From Octopus sinensis (lineage: Eukaryota), in the NCBI RefSeq assembly GCF_006345805.1, contig NC_043000.1, positions 138,446,001 to 138,510,000 on the forward strand: a DNA stretch of 64,000 bases, written 5' to 3'. Of this stretch, positions 49,760 to 63,083 are shown one piece after another. Under the pieces are notes generated by a model, which saw only the letters and a list, made by a program, of their open reading frames with translations, made no database searches and had not been told where the DNA came from. The stretch's first letter is position 1; the number at the start of each line of letters is the position of its first letter. The position numbers were made by a program, and so were the translations under genes.

Positions 49760-49963
49760 TGTCTGTGTTTGTCTCCCCAACATTGCTTGACAACAGATGG
49801 TGGTGTGTTTATGTCCCCGTAACTTAGCGGTTCGGCAAGAGAGACCGATAGTATAAGTACTAGGCTTACAAAGAATAAGTCCTGGGGTTGATTTGCTCGA
49901 CTAAAGGCGGTGCTCCAGCATGGCCACAGACAAATGACTGAAACAAGTAAAAGAGTAAAAGAG
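49561..49963 (+). mobile_element. SINE family A, slightly 5'-truncated
   Basis: Matches family A from GGTAAGTAGCTTGC to the GTAAAAGAG tail. Confidence 0.9.
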
Positions 49964-50909
49964 TCTTATTATATTACCTAATGTGCCTATTTTTTTTTTT
50001 TTTTTTTTTGAGATTGCAGTCTCTGACATGAGGGATGTTTGGATACTATTTATAGTAGTCTAAGTGCTGTAGTGAAATTAATGCAAAATTGGACATGTGT
50101 CTTTTTTTATTAACTACCATCACTCAAATTGCATATGCTAGAAGAATATTTCTTTCTCTATACTATTCAACATAAACTCCATCACAGGTGATTTGCATCA
50201 TGATACATTTGTGTTAGTTCTTGAATCTGCTTTGAAAACATTCAGTTGTGCACTGTTGTACTCACTTCTTCATAGCTATTTTGATCCCATTTGTCTCATG
50301 AGAACATTGTTTTCAATGGCTACCCATTAGAATGAATAGGTGAAAGACAGAGAGTGTCCTTAATTTCCAATTCCTTGGTTTGTTGCCAAATATGCACATC
50401 TAGTAACGCATTGTCAAAATAAATACGAGTCATTTTCAGGTTCTCTCTTGGTCTCTTTCTCCTTACGACTTCTGTAAGTGTCCCAGTGTACTGTTACATT
50501 CCAGAAAACCCAGGTGAATGCTACCCACCATCCTATGAAACGGTCACCAGCACTTTCTGTGGGAACACAGATTCTTGAGCTTCTTTGATCCTAGCAGTGT
50601 AACCTATTTTATGGACAGAGCCTTTGTTTTCATATCATACAAATACACTCACAATCTATTTCCGGTCCCCAGATCAGAAGAAAAACTGCCTCATTAGCTC
50701 CAAATGCTTGCAGCAAATCAAAGCAAATTTTGACCCTTTTCTCCTTCAAATCGATAGTCAATTGCTAAGTTACCCTCCTTGAACACACTTTCCAGTCCTC
50801 AAAGTCTCCCTCAATCTTCTGTAATGTATTGTGACCATGGATAGTGACTTGTGTCTCCATGTGAACGAGTTCCTCAGCTTGCTCACATTTTGTCAGTAGT
50901 TACAGATAA

Positions 50910-51300
50910 TGAGTGGCTGTGTGGTAAGTAGCTTGCTAACCAACCACACGGTTCCGGGTTCAGTCCCACTGCGTGGCACCTTGGGCAAGTGTCTTCTGCT
51001 ATAGCCCCGGGCCGACCAAAGCCTTGTGAGTGGATTTGGTAGACGGAAACTGAAAGAAGCCTGTCGTATATATGTATATATATATATATGTGTGCGTCTA
51101 TGTCTGTGTTTGTCCCCCTAGCATTGCTTGACAACCAATGCTGGTGTGTTTACATCCCCGTCACTTAGCGGTTCGGCAAAAGAGACCGATAGAATAAGTA
51201 CTGGGCTTACAGAGAATAAGTCCCGGGGGCGATTTGCTCGACTAAAGGCGGTGCTCCAGCATGGCCACAGTCAAATGGCTGAAACAAGTAAAAGAGTAAA
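50910..51300 (+). mobile_element. SINE family A
   Basis: GAGTGGCTGTGTGG...GGTTCAGTCCC...ACAAGTAAAAGAGTAAA. Confidence 0.9.
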
Positions 51301-51517
51301 GTGTCAAACTGCATGGTTTATTTTCAGTTTTGATTTCTTATTATTTAGAATTCTTCATCTATCTGTAGACATTGTTGTTGTCAACAGTATCATCTCTGTA
51401 GACAGACTTTAGCTTTATGTGGATGTCAGACAGCCTAGTCCTCTTCTTCTCCAAGAACACAATGTTGGCACGTTGCTTTTGCCTAGAACCCATTCTTTAC
51501 TACAAACAAGGGAAATA

Positions 51518-51879
51518 TACTCTTTTACTTGTTTCAGTCCTTTGACTGCGGCCATGCTGGAGCACCACCTTTAGTCGAGCAAATCAACTTATTCTTATTC
51601 TTTGTAAGCCCAGTACTTATTCTATCGGTCTCTTTTGCCAAACCGCTAAGTGATGGCGACGTAAACACACCAGACACACAAACATGCACACACACATATA
51701 TATATACATATATACTACGGGCTTCTTTCAGTTTCTGTCTACCAAATCTGCTCACAAGGCTTTGGTCGGCCCGAGGCTATAGTAGAAGACACTTGCCCAA
51801 GGTGCCACGCAGTGGGACTGAACCCGGAACCATGTAGTTGGTAAGCAAGCTACTTACCACACAGCCACTGCTGCGCCTA
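51518..51879 (-). mobile_element. SINE family A with internal deletion
   Basis: Reverse complement of family A; tail-to-tail with 50910-51300. Confidence 0.9.
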
Positions 51880-52457
51880 TATGAAGAAACTTTACTCTTT
51901 ACTTTTATATTAATTTCTGCACTGCACTTGTATAATGCTTTCACAATTGGGTAAAGGTTATCCAAGGTAATACAGTTACTTTGAATACATCATGATGTGA
52001 ATGTCTGCTTCTTTGACTTGCAGGAAATGCTAGTTATTCATTTTCAGTATTGATTTTTTTACACAAGCATAAGACCAAAAATGTGCAGAAGTGTGCAATT
52101 GATTGAGTAATGTTCTTTATTAAGTAATTATATTTCATAAATAATTATATAATATTGTATATTAAATTATATTAACATAAAATTTCTTTTGAATTGAATT
52201 CAGTCTCAGAGATAAGTTTCAGTTTCCATTCATACTCAAAGACAATTAAATACCACCAATATTCTGAAAACTTATCAATTTTGACACTTTAATTCTTCTT
52301 GTTTATGGCTGGCTTGATCAACAAAGGTTCTTTTTTATGATTAGTCAGAGGAAGAAGAACAGCTCCCAAGACCTGTTTAATTGTCACTGAGATTATTGAG
52401 GATGAGAGAAAGTTATCTTCTCTTTGAAGAACTGGAGTAAATGTTTGCAACAGACTT

Positions 52458-52690
52458 TTGTTGTTGTTGTTGTTGTTAAGCAATAAGACGGGTAAGGGTG
52501 ATTAGGTGATGGTCTAGGGCCTAAGGGGCGGGAGACCCCAGACCTTAGAAAAAAAAAAACTTTGGTCATCTTGTTGTAGTCGAGGGCTCTTCTTTGATGC
52601 TCGACACCACTGGGAGGTGGCCCTCGAAGTCGCTGGAAATGGAGATCTCCAGGTCCAAATTCTTGGACGGCTGCAACAGACTAGACAATG
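52458..52690 (-). mobile_element. possible LINE 3' fragment with (CAA)n tail
   Basis: GC-rich island ending (minus strand) in TGCTTAACAACAACAAC; no recognisable motif. Confidence 0.35.
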
Positions 52691-52716
52691 GTTGTAAATC
52701 AGGTTATAAATTAAAT

Positions 52717-53124
52717 AGGCGCAGAAGTGGCTGTGTGGTAAGTAGCTTGCTAACCAACCACATGGTTCCGGGTTCAGTCCCACTGTGTGGCATCTTGGGC
52801 AAGTGTCTTCTGCTATAGCCCCGGGCCGACCAATGCCTTGTGAGTGGATTTGGTAGATGGAAACTGAAAGAAGCCTGTCGTATATATGTATATATATATA
52901 TAAGTGTGTGTGTATATGTTTGTGTGTCTGTGTTTGTCCCCCTAGCATTGCTTGACAACCGATGCTGGTGTGTTTATGTCCCCGTCACTTAGCGGTTTGG
53001 CAAAAGAGACCGATAGAATAAGTACTGGGCTTACAAAGAATAAGTCCCGGGGTCGATTTGCTTGACTAAAGGTGGTGCTCCAGCATGGCCGCAGTCAAAT
53101 GACTGAAACAAGTAAAAGAGTAAA
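52717..53124 (+). mobile_element. SINE family A, full length
   Basis: AGGCGCAGAAGTGGCTGTGTGG head to GTAAAAGAGTAAA tail. Confidence 0.9.
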
Positions 53125-54718
53125 CACCTCTAAAACATGACTGATCCCTCTGGTAAGTTTCCACATAGAGTCTGTCTACCAACTTTTGATGCACATGCAA
53201 TTGTTGAATGCAAAACTGAAGTAGAAGACACTTAGAGTGATGTGCCAGAGGATTGAACCTCAAAACAATGTCATAGTGAAGGAAACTTCTTAACCACACA
53301 GCTACATCAGTGTCTATACCTCCTCTCTTGCAATAACTGATTAATGCCAAGTCACAGTGAATCAGTATTATTATTCTCTCATAGACAATGGATGTAGGCA
53401 AGATAGTAAAACATAAGGCTAAATGTACTCTAATACTTTGTTTTCTTCTATCAAAAATTTTCTTTCAGCCCTTGATTTTTTTCCCTTTCATTTCTCCAGG
53501 GTTTAAATATGTAGAAGTAGAAATATAATTGAGTCATTTAGCTTCACAACATAGCCTCTTCTATTACAAATTGGCCTTGTGTTAAAGGAAGAAATCTATA
53601 TTATTGTTGTCATTATTATGTGACTGTTGTTAAAAGAAGAAATCAATATTGCTATTCATTTCGAGATTCTGACTTCTAATAAATTATTCTCATTGCTCTT
53701 GGATTTATAATCTCTGAAAACCCATTGATTGCTGCTGCTATCACTGATTTGGGAGTAGTGAGTACCATTCTCACAGCTAATTCTGAATATGGGATTTCTG
53801 CTCCATTACTGATGGCTTTCACTCAATTCCAAATTCCAAACAGATGATTGTTCATCTTTGACTTTCGGGGCCATATAACTTTCACCTTAAATGTTAGATA
53901 GCTATCTTTTGACCTAAAGGGTCAGATGGTTTTCTTTGACCTTAAAGGCTTATCCAAAATATCAAAGCTGAAGATCAGAGCAACATCTAATTTTCTAGAT
54001 GGTTATTGATTAATTTGTTGGATTTAAAGTAGACTTGCTGTTTTTGTTAGCAGTGATGGTGATAGTGGTAATGTTGGTGGTCATGATGATGATGATGATG
54101 ATGGTAATGATGATGATGGTGATGATGATACTAACACTAAGGAATAGGAGAAGAATGGAGTGGTGGTGGTGATGGTGATTGTAGTAGTAGGATGATGGTA
54201 GGAGTGATGATAATGATTGATGATGATAATGATGATGATGGTGGGGGTAGTAAAAGTAGTAGTATTAGTGGAGGTGGAGATCATGCTGTTGATGATGATG
54301 ATGATGAAAGTATTCAAATTCTGTCAACAAACTGACTGTATTGTGCATTGAGATTGGCCTTCTTAGCTAAGCTAAGCTCTTAGTTATGTCCATATTTCAA
54401 ACTAAATATACTGTTTATATGTTGAAGCAAATTTTGAGAATTAATGAAAATTGTGGGAAAAAAGTTTAGCGCAATATCTAGCTTATTCATTTTTAAGCTA
54501 ATATCTTGAATGTAATTGAAAGAAATCTTAAATAAAATATGAGTAGTTCTACTTTGAAAAAAGATTTTGTACCATAGAACCAGAGTCAGTTTCATATGGT
54601 TTTGTACCAGAAGAGTTAGTAATTATAAGCATTTCATGTCAGTCAAACTACCATGGAGCCAAATTAGTATATGAAATACTGTTGTGGAGAGTCAGATCGT
54701 TTATATAGAAAAGAAATA

Positions 54719-55260
54719 TTGGGTTGCCCGGAAATTTCCTGCCGATTTTTACAGGAAAGAAAAAGTTCGATAAATACATGCCATTACATTTTTAATCAAC
54801 CAAATATGAACAATTTTGTTGCACAATGTGTCTTCATCTTTCCTTTAACTTGAAGATACTCTCTTCCCAGAATTGGGGAGGTTTCATGGCAAAGAATTCA
54901 TCAAGGTATCTTTTTACATCATCCAAGGAATTGAAATTTTTACCATTAAGACTGTTCTGCGGAGACCTGAATAAGTGGAAATCTAAAGGAGAAATATCTG
55001 GTAAATATGTAGGGTGGGGTAACACATCCCAGCCAAGCTGCAGCAATTTTTGTCTGGTTCCCAAAGCATCAAGTGCCGAAAATAAACTTTCTAATCTTCC
55101 ATTTTAAATGGTTACAGAATTAACACAGGAACATAAATCTTCTTAAACTGTGCTCTAAATGGAGGTGTAATCAAATTCTGTTTTATAAACTCAACCATTT
55201 TCTAAAATAAGTCAAAATGTAAACTACTATACATTGGCATGATCTTTCTGGACAACCCAA
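54719..55260 (-). mobile_element. internally deleted mariner element
   Basis: TIRs TA|TTGGGTTGCCCGGAAA / TTTCTGGACAACCCAA; peptide LGWDVLPHPTYLPDISPLDFHLFRS (YSPDLAP motif region). Confidence 0.92.
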
Positions 55261-55441
55261 AACTTCCTCATGGCCAGAGAAAATTTTCAAGGAAGTCTTG
55301 AAACAGGCTTCTTTACTTATTTATAACTATCATGTGATATCAAGTAATCCTTGTTCACAAATATCATGTGATATCAAAAAAGGGGTACATATAGACATAC
55401 ATACACAAACATATATAATATATTTATCTATCTACCAATAT

Positions 55442-55715
55442 ATCATCATCATCATCATCATTGTTTAATGTCCACTTTCGATGCTGGCATGAGTTTGATG
55501 GTTTGACATGGCGCTGGCTACGTGGGAGCTGTCCAAACTCCACAATTGATTGTTGTGGTTGGTGTCTACAGGTGGGGATGCCCTTCCTAATGCCAACCAC
55601 TTAACAGAATGTTCTGGGTGCTATCTATGTGTTACCACTACGGGTGAGTTTACACAGCACTAGCATGTTCTAGCAGTACTGACACGGGTGCTTTTTATGT
55701 GGCACCGGCACTTGA
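55442..55715 (-). mobile_element. family B, older copy
   Basis: (ATC)n-TTGTTTAATGTCC...GGATGCCCTTCCTAATGCCAACCAC. Confidence 0.75.
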
Positions 55716-56428
55716 AAGGACAAACCTGTATGTGTGGAGAACAGTGATTTTACTTAGCTTACACACACAGACACACACATATATGTACTTATATGCACTC
55801 TCTCTCACACACACACATTCACACATATATACATATTAAAGCTAGATAAGGCTGGTTTATGGGATTACCTTAGGTTTCATGCCCATAAAGTGTGTACATT
55901 TGTGGTGTATCATCAGATCCCAAAACCTGTTGGCTTAAGGCCTCTCTAGAATATGGAGGAGGAAGGGACCCCACTACTCAATGTCAACAAATTGGATCAT
56001 CTCTGATTGGCTATCAATGACTCTGCCATCTTATTGATTCCATGAGGTCAGCAGAGTGCTCAGCTGGTATCTGGAAGGTACAGGGTTTGCTTCTCTGTAG
56101 GCACCTGTTGGCAATTTCCTTATTAACTTTAAGGTCATATGATACCAGGCTTTGCTTTCATACATGGAATTTCTTTACTAACTCTACTACAGATTCTGCC
56201 ATATGAATGTGAAGTTATCAACAGAGGACTTCCCAAAGACAGTAATCTAAAATTCCACTGTTATGAATTGGAGGAAGTTGATGATTAGAAAAGAACAGAA
56301 AAATGAGCTCTAGTGGACACCTAGCTGTGCACTAAATTCATTACTCAATTTGTTGCTCACTCTCACCCAGCAGATCCCCTATACATTGGTTGTATGTATG
56401 TATGTATGTATGTATGTATGTATGTATG

Positions 56429-56459
<31 letters not shown>

Positions 56460-58146
56460 TTGAGATATTTCTTTATGAGAATTGTATGTGAGGAAATAAA
56501 ATTCTGGTTTTGGCCAGATGCACATGTATCTCTGTGTCTCTGCTTCTCTGTGTGAGTACTTGCATTGTGTGATAATGCATGTGTAAGAGTGTGTTCATTG
56601 TATATGCATATGTATACAATACACACATACATTATTAATTAAGGTGAAAAGTAGAGACTGGAACAGACAAATTTATACTATAAAAATTCATATTTCTCAA
56701 ACCGTTATAATTTCTATTATCACTGGGATTTCTATTTACCACACAGGAATTTTATGGAAACCAGCATTCATACCCTTATTAGTAAAGTTATGATTTAGTA
56801 TCGCAAAAATAAATATGGCAATGTCTATTAGTATTTTTTTTACCGAAAACATGATCATGATGTATAGCATATATAAATGCATACTCTACTTGCCACAAAT
56901 GTTCTTGGTCAATGCAGACCAATTCCATTTCAAATTTATTATTTTATGTTTAAATAAATAAAAGAACAAAATAATATATATATTCAAGGAAAGCAATATA
57001 GAAGTCAAAACAGCATTAGAATGAGCGGGAACAGTAGGACTGGCAGTGACAGTGAAAACAACAACAACAACTGCAATGATGGTCACATGAACAATAAGAG
57101 CAAGAGCAAGATTAATAATTTCATCAACTGCTACACAACAAGGGAAAAAATGTTATTGTTGAATGAACATTAGCAGCAGACTATAACAAAAATTTAATGT
57201 AAATAGACATTGGTTAAATGAATCAATTATTAAAAAAAAAAAAAACATCGTCAACAACAAAAATACTATTAATAATCATAATGGTTTCTAACATTGGCAC
57301 GGTGATGACGCTAATAATACCAACAACAATAATAATGATAATAATAATAATAATAATGTCAAAAACAACAACAATAATAGGAAAATAATAATTTGTCCAT
57401 TTATTTGCCACCAGGGTCCATTCATACAGACATATGCAAAAATTTTAAATATATAAAATGGTGAGGCATAACGTACAAGGCTGAATGAAACAAAGTTATG
57501 TAGAATAAGTTGTGTGGAAAAAACAAAACATCACAAAAATATAGTGAAGCGTGTGAAAATATTTCTGTTTTTAAATTACCTGAAATAATTAAATGAATAT
57601 ATATGCTTGAGAGAGAGTGTGTGTGTGTGTGTGTGTGATGAAATTTTATGACAAAGGTACAGAAAATTATGCAGAGAACTTCATTAGCTTACAGATGTTT
57701 TTGCTATAAGATAAAGTTCCCTCAGAGCTGAGTGCTTGTGCATCACCTTATAGCTTCCTTTGGTGTTTCAAAAACGGGACACTGGAAGGAGAAAAAGCAA
57801 AATGTAACTCCATAGGATTTGAACTGAGAATATAGAGTTGGAACAAATACTACAAGATCAAAGCTTTTTTCCCAATCCTAATAACAATTCTATTAGCTAG
57901 CTGTACCCCTAGTAGTTATTAATAAGATAATATTTATAATTGTAGTATTTATAATTATGATAGATATTTATGATTGTAATTGAAATGTCAGAAATTTAAC
58001 TGATTTTGGTCTTCTTCCTCTTTAATATATCAATGCTAATCATAAATAATACCCATAGTAAACTGGTTAATTCAATGTAACTTGATGTCTGCGAGTGAGA
58101 CTTGGAATAGCTTGCATGAAACAAGGCAACAACAATGTAAATAAAA

Positions 58147-58178
<32 letters not shown>

Positions 58179-58189
58179 CACAATGACTA

Positions 58190-58480
58190 TAATAATCATT
58201 ATTATTGTGGGTGCCTTAGGTATGATGAAAAAGGGATGTGAGAAACATTTAGACAACATCCCAGGAGAACCATGTCTCAGAGAAATCCAAAAGATTACAC
58301 TGCCAATTACTGCCCACATCCTTAGAAAGACCCTATCAATTTAAATGTCTGTGTTGCATTACATGAAAATATTTTGCTTCTGCCCTTGTCACTTCCTCTC
58401 CCCAAGCTGTCATATCTCATCCTTCACATGCCCTACAACATAGGATGAGCCTTGGCAAGTGATTGTAACAAGCATGCAAA
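58190..58480 (+). pseudogene. R4/Dong-like LINE extreme 3' end
   Basis: IIVGALGMMKKGCEKHLDNIPGEPCLREIQKITLPITAHILRKTLSI*; flanked by trinucleotide microsatellites. Confidence 0.75.
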
Positions 58481-58904
58481 CAACAACGACAACAACAACA
58501 ATAATAATGATATGCCTTAATGCAGCACCAGGTAGTGGGTTTCGTGACTTCTGATCTTAAATGATTGGAAGTGTTATCATGTACCTGATTTGTCTTGGCT
58601 AAACAAATATTCTGCTCAATATCACAAATTTGCTTGTCAGCTGATTGACCGTAACCAGTTGAGCATGCCCCTTAGTGGCTACTGATATGTGCATCTGTGA
58701 GCAGTAGTGGGGGAACATCACAGCTATGTGTTGTTAGAAATTATTTGGAGGTTGAATAATTCATCCTTGGAAACATGGGTGTTTCGTTCAGCATCTCTGC
58801 TTGTGCTGGTCGTGGGTTATCAACTCTTCTACTTTTTCTGCATCAAAATAAAAAAGTACAAGTACATCAACATCAAAATAAAAGATCAAATGGAAATTGA
58901 AGTT

Positions 58905-59230
58905 GTGATACCTGTGTCGGTGGCACATAAAAAGCATCATCCAAACATGGTCGATGCCAACGCTGCCTTGACTGGCTTCCATGCCGGTGGCACATAAAAA
59001 GCACCAACTGATCGTGACCACTGCCAGCCTTCCCTGGCACCTGTGCCAGTGGCACGTAAAAAGCACCCACTACATTCACGGAGTGGTTGGCATTAGGAAG
59101 GCCATCCAGCTGTAGAAACACTGCCAGATCAGACTGGAGCCTGGTGCAGCCTCCTGGCTTCCTAGACCCTGGTTGAACCGTCCAACCCATGCTAGCATGG
59201 AAAACGGATATTAAATGATGATGATGATGA
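58905..59230 (+). mobile_element. family B copy with 2-3 units
   Basis: Same modules and (GAT)n tail. Confidence 0.85.
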
Positions 59231-59600
59231 CATCTAAATGATGGTTCTTACTTTTTATTTCACTTCCTACAGAAGCATGATTAAGCCTGGCCTAGCTAAG
59301 CAGTACTCTTACCTCAGGTTAAGCTTCTTATTATCAACCATTAACTCAGTCCAGGCTTGCATTATGTTGAGAAATGCTGGACCTGTCTGAGATTTGCAGC
59401 ATCAGATGAGCTGTTGCTATTCTTATTGCTGTGTTTCTTTCACAGTTGTTGCGTGTACTGTTGTTGTTGCTGTTGTCTCTAATACTATATCATGTTGCTT
59501 TGCTTGTTGTTATTCTTCTTGTTGTTGTTCCTGCAGTTGGAGATGATGTCATTAGTGTTCTTATGCTCGTAGTTGTTTTGTTGTTGACGGTATTCATTTT

Positions 59601-59830
59601 GGCGGCGAGCTGGCAGAAACGTTAGCACGCCGGGCGAAATGCTTAGCGGTATTTCGTCTGCATTACGTTGTGAGTTCAAATTCTGCCGAGGTCGACTTTG
59701 CCTTTCATCCTTTTGGGGTCGATAAATTAAGTACCAGTTACGCACTGGGGTCGATGTAATCGACTTAATACCTATGTCTGTCCTTGTTTGTCCCCTCTGT
59801 GTTTAGCCCCTTGTGAGTAATAAAGAAATA
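59601..59830 (+). mobile_element. SINE family D, full length, with TSD
   Basis: GGCGGCGAGCTGGCAGAAACGTTAG head, GAGTTCAAATTC B box, Meta-like core; GGTATTCATTTT duplicated at 59589-59600 and 59831-59842. Confidence 0.92.
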
Positions 59831-60193
59831 GGTATTCATTTTGTTGCTCCTCATAGTGAAGATTGGTTATCTCCTTTGGCCTTATACCCACAACCTCACA
59901 CTCCATAATGGCTAAGGTGAAAGTTAATTAGAAGAAGAGAGATAGACTTTAGCCATGTTAGAAAATTAAAACCAAATTATATGAAGCAGAATTTTTTGTA
60001 AGATTGGCATAAAGACTGCTCTACATTCAGAAATTGAGGACAAGGGTTTTAGAAGGCATCCAGTCAAATTCAGAATATCAAGTGTTACAACTTTAGGCAA
60101 TATATTCAGAAAAGTTTGTAGAATTTTTGAAAAGACTTACTAGCATAAAAACCAGCATGGATTTTATAAGCAGCATTATTTTTTTTTAAATGC

Positions 60194-60228
<35 letters not shown>

Positions 60229-60409
60229 GCGTCTATCTGGGAGTAATGAAAAAGATATAAACCACCTCATAAACAGCAGATTCCTCAAACACAAGAATAT
60301 GGTAACAATAAAAGTAATAATAATAATAATAATAACAATGAGGAGGACAAAAGGAGGGGAGCAGGAGGTGGTAGATAACAAGGACAACAATAATAAAAAT
60401 ATCAACTGC

Positions 60410-60472
<63 letters not shown>

Positions 60473-61092
60473 GATAATAATAATAATAATAACAACAACA
60501 ACAATAACATTTTTCACCAAGTGTTCAGTTTTATCGTCTTTTAGATGATTTATCATGAAATGAAAATTTCACAGAGAAAAATAATTGCTTTTATAGATTA
60601 AACTATTGGTTGATGTATTGCTTCCATACAATAACGGGCCATTTTGATCGCCTCTGCCAATCAACTGTGGCTGAGAGAATATGCATGCATGGACACAGAC
60701 ATACACACTCAGATATGTACTCAGTTGCAATCACACTATTCACAGACATAAACTAGTTTGAGTTCTGTACATTCTGTCTAAGTATATAAACAATACAGAC
60801 ATGCATACATATCTATATATGCGTTTTATGTGTGTGTGTATTATATATGTATGTCTGTGTGTATTATATATATGTGTGTGTGTATATATGTATGTATGTC
60901 TGTATGTATATATGCATGTTTATATATATGTGTGTGTATGTATATTTATATATATATATATATATATTAGAAATATTGAATTTCTAAAATATATATATAT
61001 ATATATATACCTATATAAATACATACACACACATGTATATAAATATGTATACATATATACATATAAATATCATATAAACATGTATAGATATA

Positions 61093-61144
<52 letters not shown>

Positions 61145-61149
<5 letters not shown>

Positions 61150-61291
61150 GTTGGCATTAGGAAAGGCATCGAGCCATAAAAACACTGCCAGATGAGACTG
61201 GAGCCTAGCACAGCCTCCTTGCTTCCCAGACCCCGGTTGAACCGTCCAACCCATGCTAGCATAGAAAATGGACGTTGAACGATGATGATGA
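61145..61291 (+). mobile_element. family B, truncated
   Basis: Core and (GAT)n tail. Confidence 0.8.
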
Positions 61292-61626
61292 TATATATAT
61301 GAGGCATTGCAGACTAATGACCTGGTGTAGATCTCAATATTCATATGCCTCAGAATGAAGCATTAGTCAACTACAGAGTAGCTATAAGTTGACAAGGAAG
61401 TAAATGATTATCTTATGAACTTCATATGCTTTCAGTTGTTTCTGCTATAAGATGCAGTGAACTCAAAGCTGAGTGCCTGACTAATTCATTACAGCTTCAT
61501 TGTTGCCCTGCTGTTGGAATTAACATATGTATACATATATGCATACATACATACAAACAGGTAGTTGTTTGGGTGGATCTATGGACTGACAGACAGAATG
61601 ATAGACAGGTAGATAGATATATAGAT

Positions 61627-61673
<47 letters not shown>

Positions 61674-62075
61674 GATAGATAGATAGAGAGATAGATAGTG
61701 AAATAGAGGGATTTAATAATAGTAGCTGCTACACTTAGCCTTGATCAGGTTTGTTAAAACCTAAAATAAATAAATATAGAAACCATTTTAGAACCAAAAC
61801 TAGAAAGAATAAACATTTACTGCTTCAAATTCAGGGAGAAACAGCATACATTTTATTGTATGAGAGACATGGTGATCCCAAACTGATTCTTGTAAATATG
61901 TGACCTTTTTATTTATGCTGAGTTGATGCTCAATGCAAATGGAAGTTGTACTGGAAGCTGATGAAACAGTGATTAAGTCACACACACATACACACACAAA
62001 TATACATACATTTTACTGTTCCACTGTGGGTAGGATCAATAAAAAGTATTCTGTCCAATGAAAGATATAAATATT

Positions 62076-62883
62076 TTTTAATATACACAATTTAGAAAAG
62101 TGCTGCTAATAGTTTCATACTGTGGAGATACAATAATTTTGCAGTTTTATATAACATACCATGTATCTTCAAGCAATCTTTCAGGTTCAGTGCATATCGT
62201 TAAAAGCATTTAAAAACCAAGATGCTGCCCTATGAGAAAACATGAGGTAAACAGAAAAAGAAAAATGTGAAGAAGTTTGATTGTAAAAAGTTGGTTAGCC
62301 ATGTATGGGATCTGAAAATGAACTGCATACCACATAAAATTAAGTGAAGAATGGTGAAGAAGTCTACACCATATATAAATGGATAAAAGAGATTCAAGTT
62401 ATGCATAGCTGAGAGATCAAACAATCTTTTTAGATCCAAGAATTCTACCGCTCTATTTAATTCTAGATCTGAAATTTTTAGCAGGTGCAAGCACATAGAC
62501 AAGTTTCTTTTGTCAAATTATAGGACATCACCAGGTCTGGATTGAGTAGCTATCTCATATATTTTGGCTTCTAATCTGTTATTTTATTCTACACCAGCTG
62601 GATTAATTATGATTTCTACAGAAAAAGGTGATGAAGATCTTGGTTTACTTACTTTTCTTTTCTTTCTTCTTGTTCCTCTGTTTACAACAACCTTCCTCAT
62701 GTTTTTTTTCTTGTTTTCTCATGTTTTTTCCTAGGCCAGTGTCATGGTTTTTTAATACATAATGATATGCTCTGAGCTTGAAAGATTGATTAGAAATATA
62801 TGGTATGTTATATAAATCTGCCAAACTATTGTATCTACATCGTGAAACTATTAGTAGTTCTCTTGTAAATTGTGTATATTAAA
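62076..62883. mobile_element. old fold-back/MITE with ~170-bp terminal inverted repeats
   Basis: TTTAATATACACAATTTA...CTAATAGTTTCA...TATATAACATACCAT...AAAACATGAG mirrored by CTCATGTTTT...ATGGTATGTTATATA...TGAAACTATTAG...TAAATTGTGTATATTAAA. Confidence 0.75.
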
Positions 62884-62919
62884 TGATATATGTGGGTGTA
62901 TGTTGATACAAACATTATA

Positions 62920-63070
62920 AAGTGGTTGGCATTAAGAAGACCACCAGACCATAGAAACCATGCCAAAGCTGACATTGGAACTTGACATAGTCCTGCAGAT
63001 TGCTAGATTCAGTCTATCCATCCAACTTATTCCAGCAAGGAAAACAGATGTTAAATGATGATGATGATGA
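62920..63070 (+). mobile_element. family B, degenerate
   Basis: GTGGTTGGCATTAAG...GGAAAACAGATGTTAAAT(GAT)n. Confidence 0.7.
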
Positions 63071-63083
63071 TTTTATATATATA

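Noticed and set aside
52289-54050. Unique-looking segments with short minus-strand ORFs (also 46979-47173)
   Set aside because: Short, interrupted by stops, lacking paired splice sites or recognisable domains.
55860-56390. Possible ancient LINE RT remnant (also 50130-50880)
   Set aside because: Too degenerate for any motif to be read with confidence.
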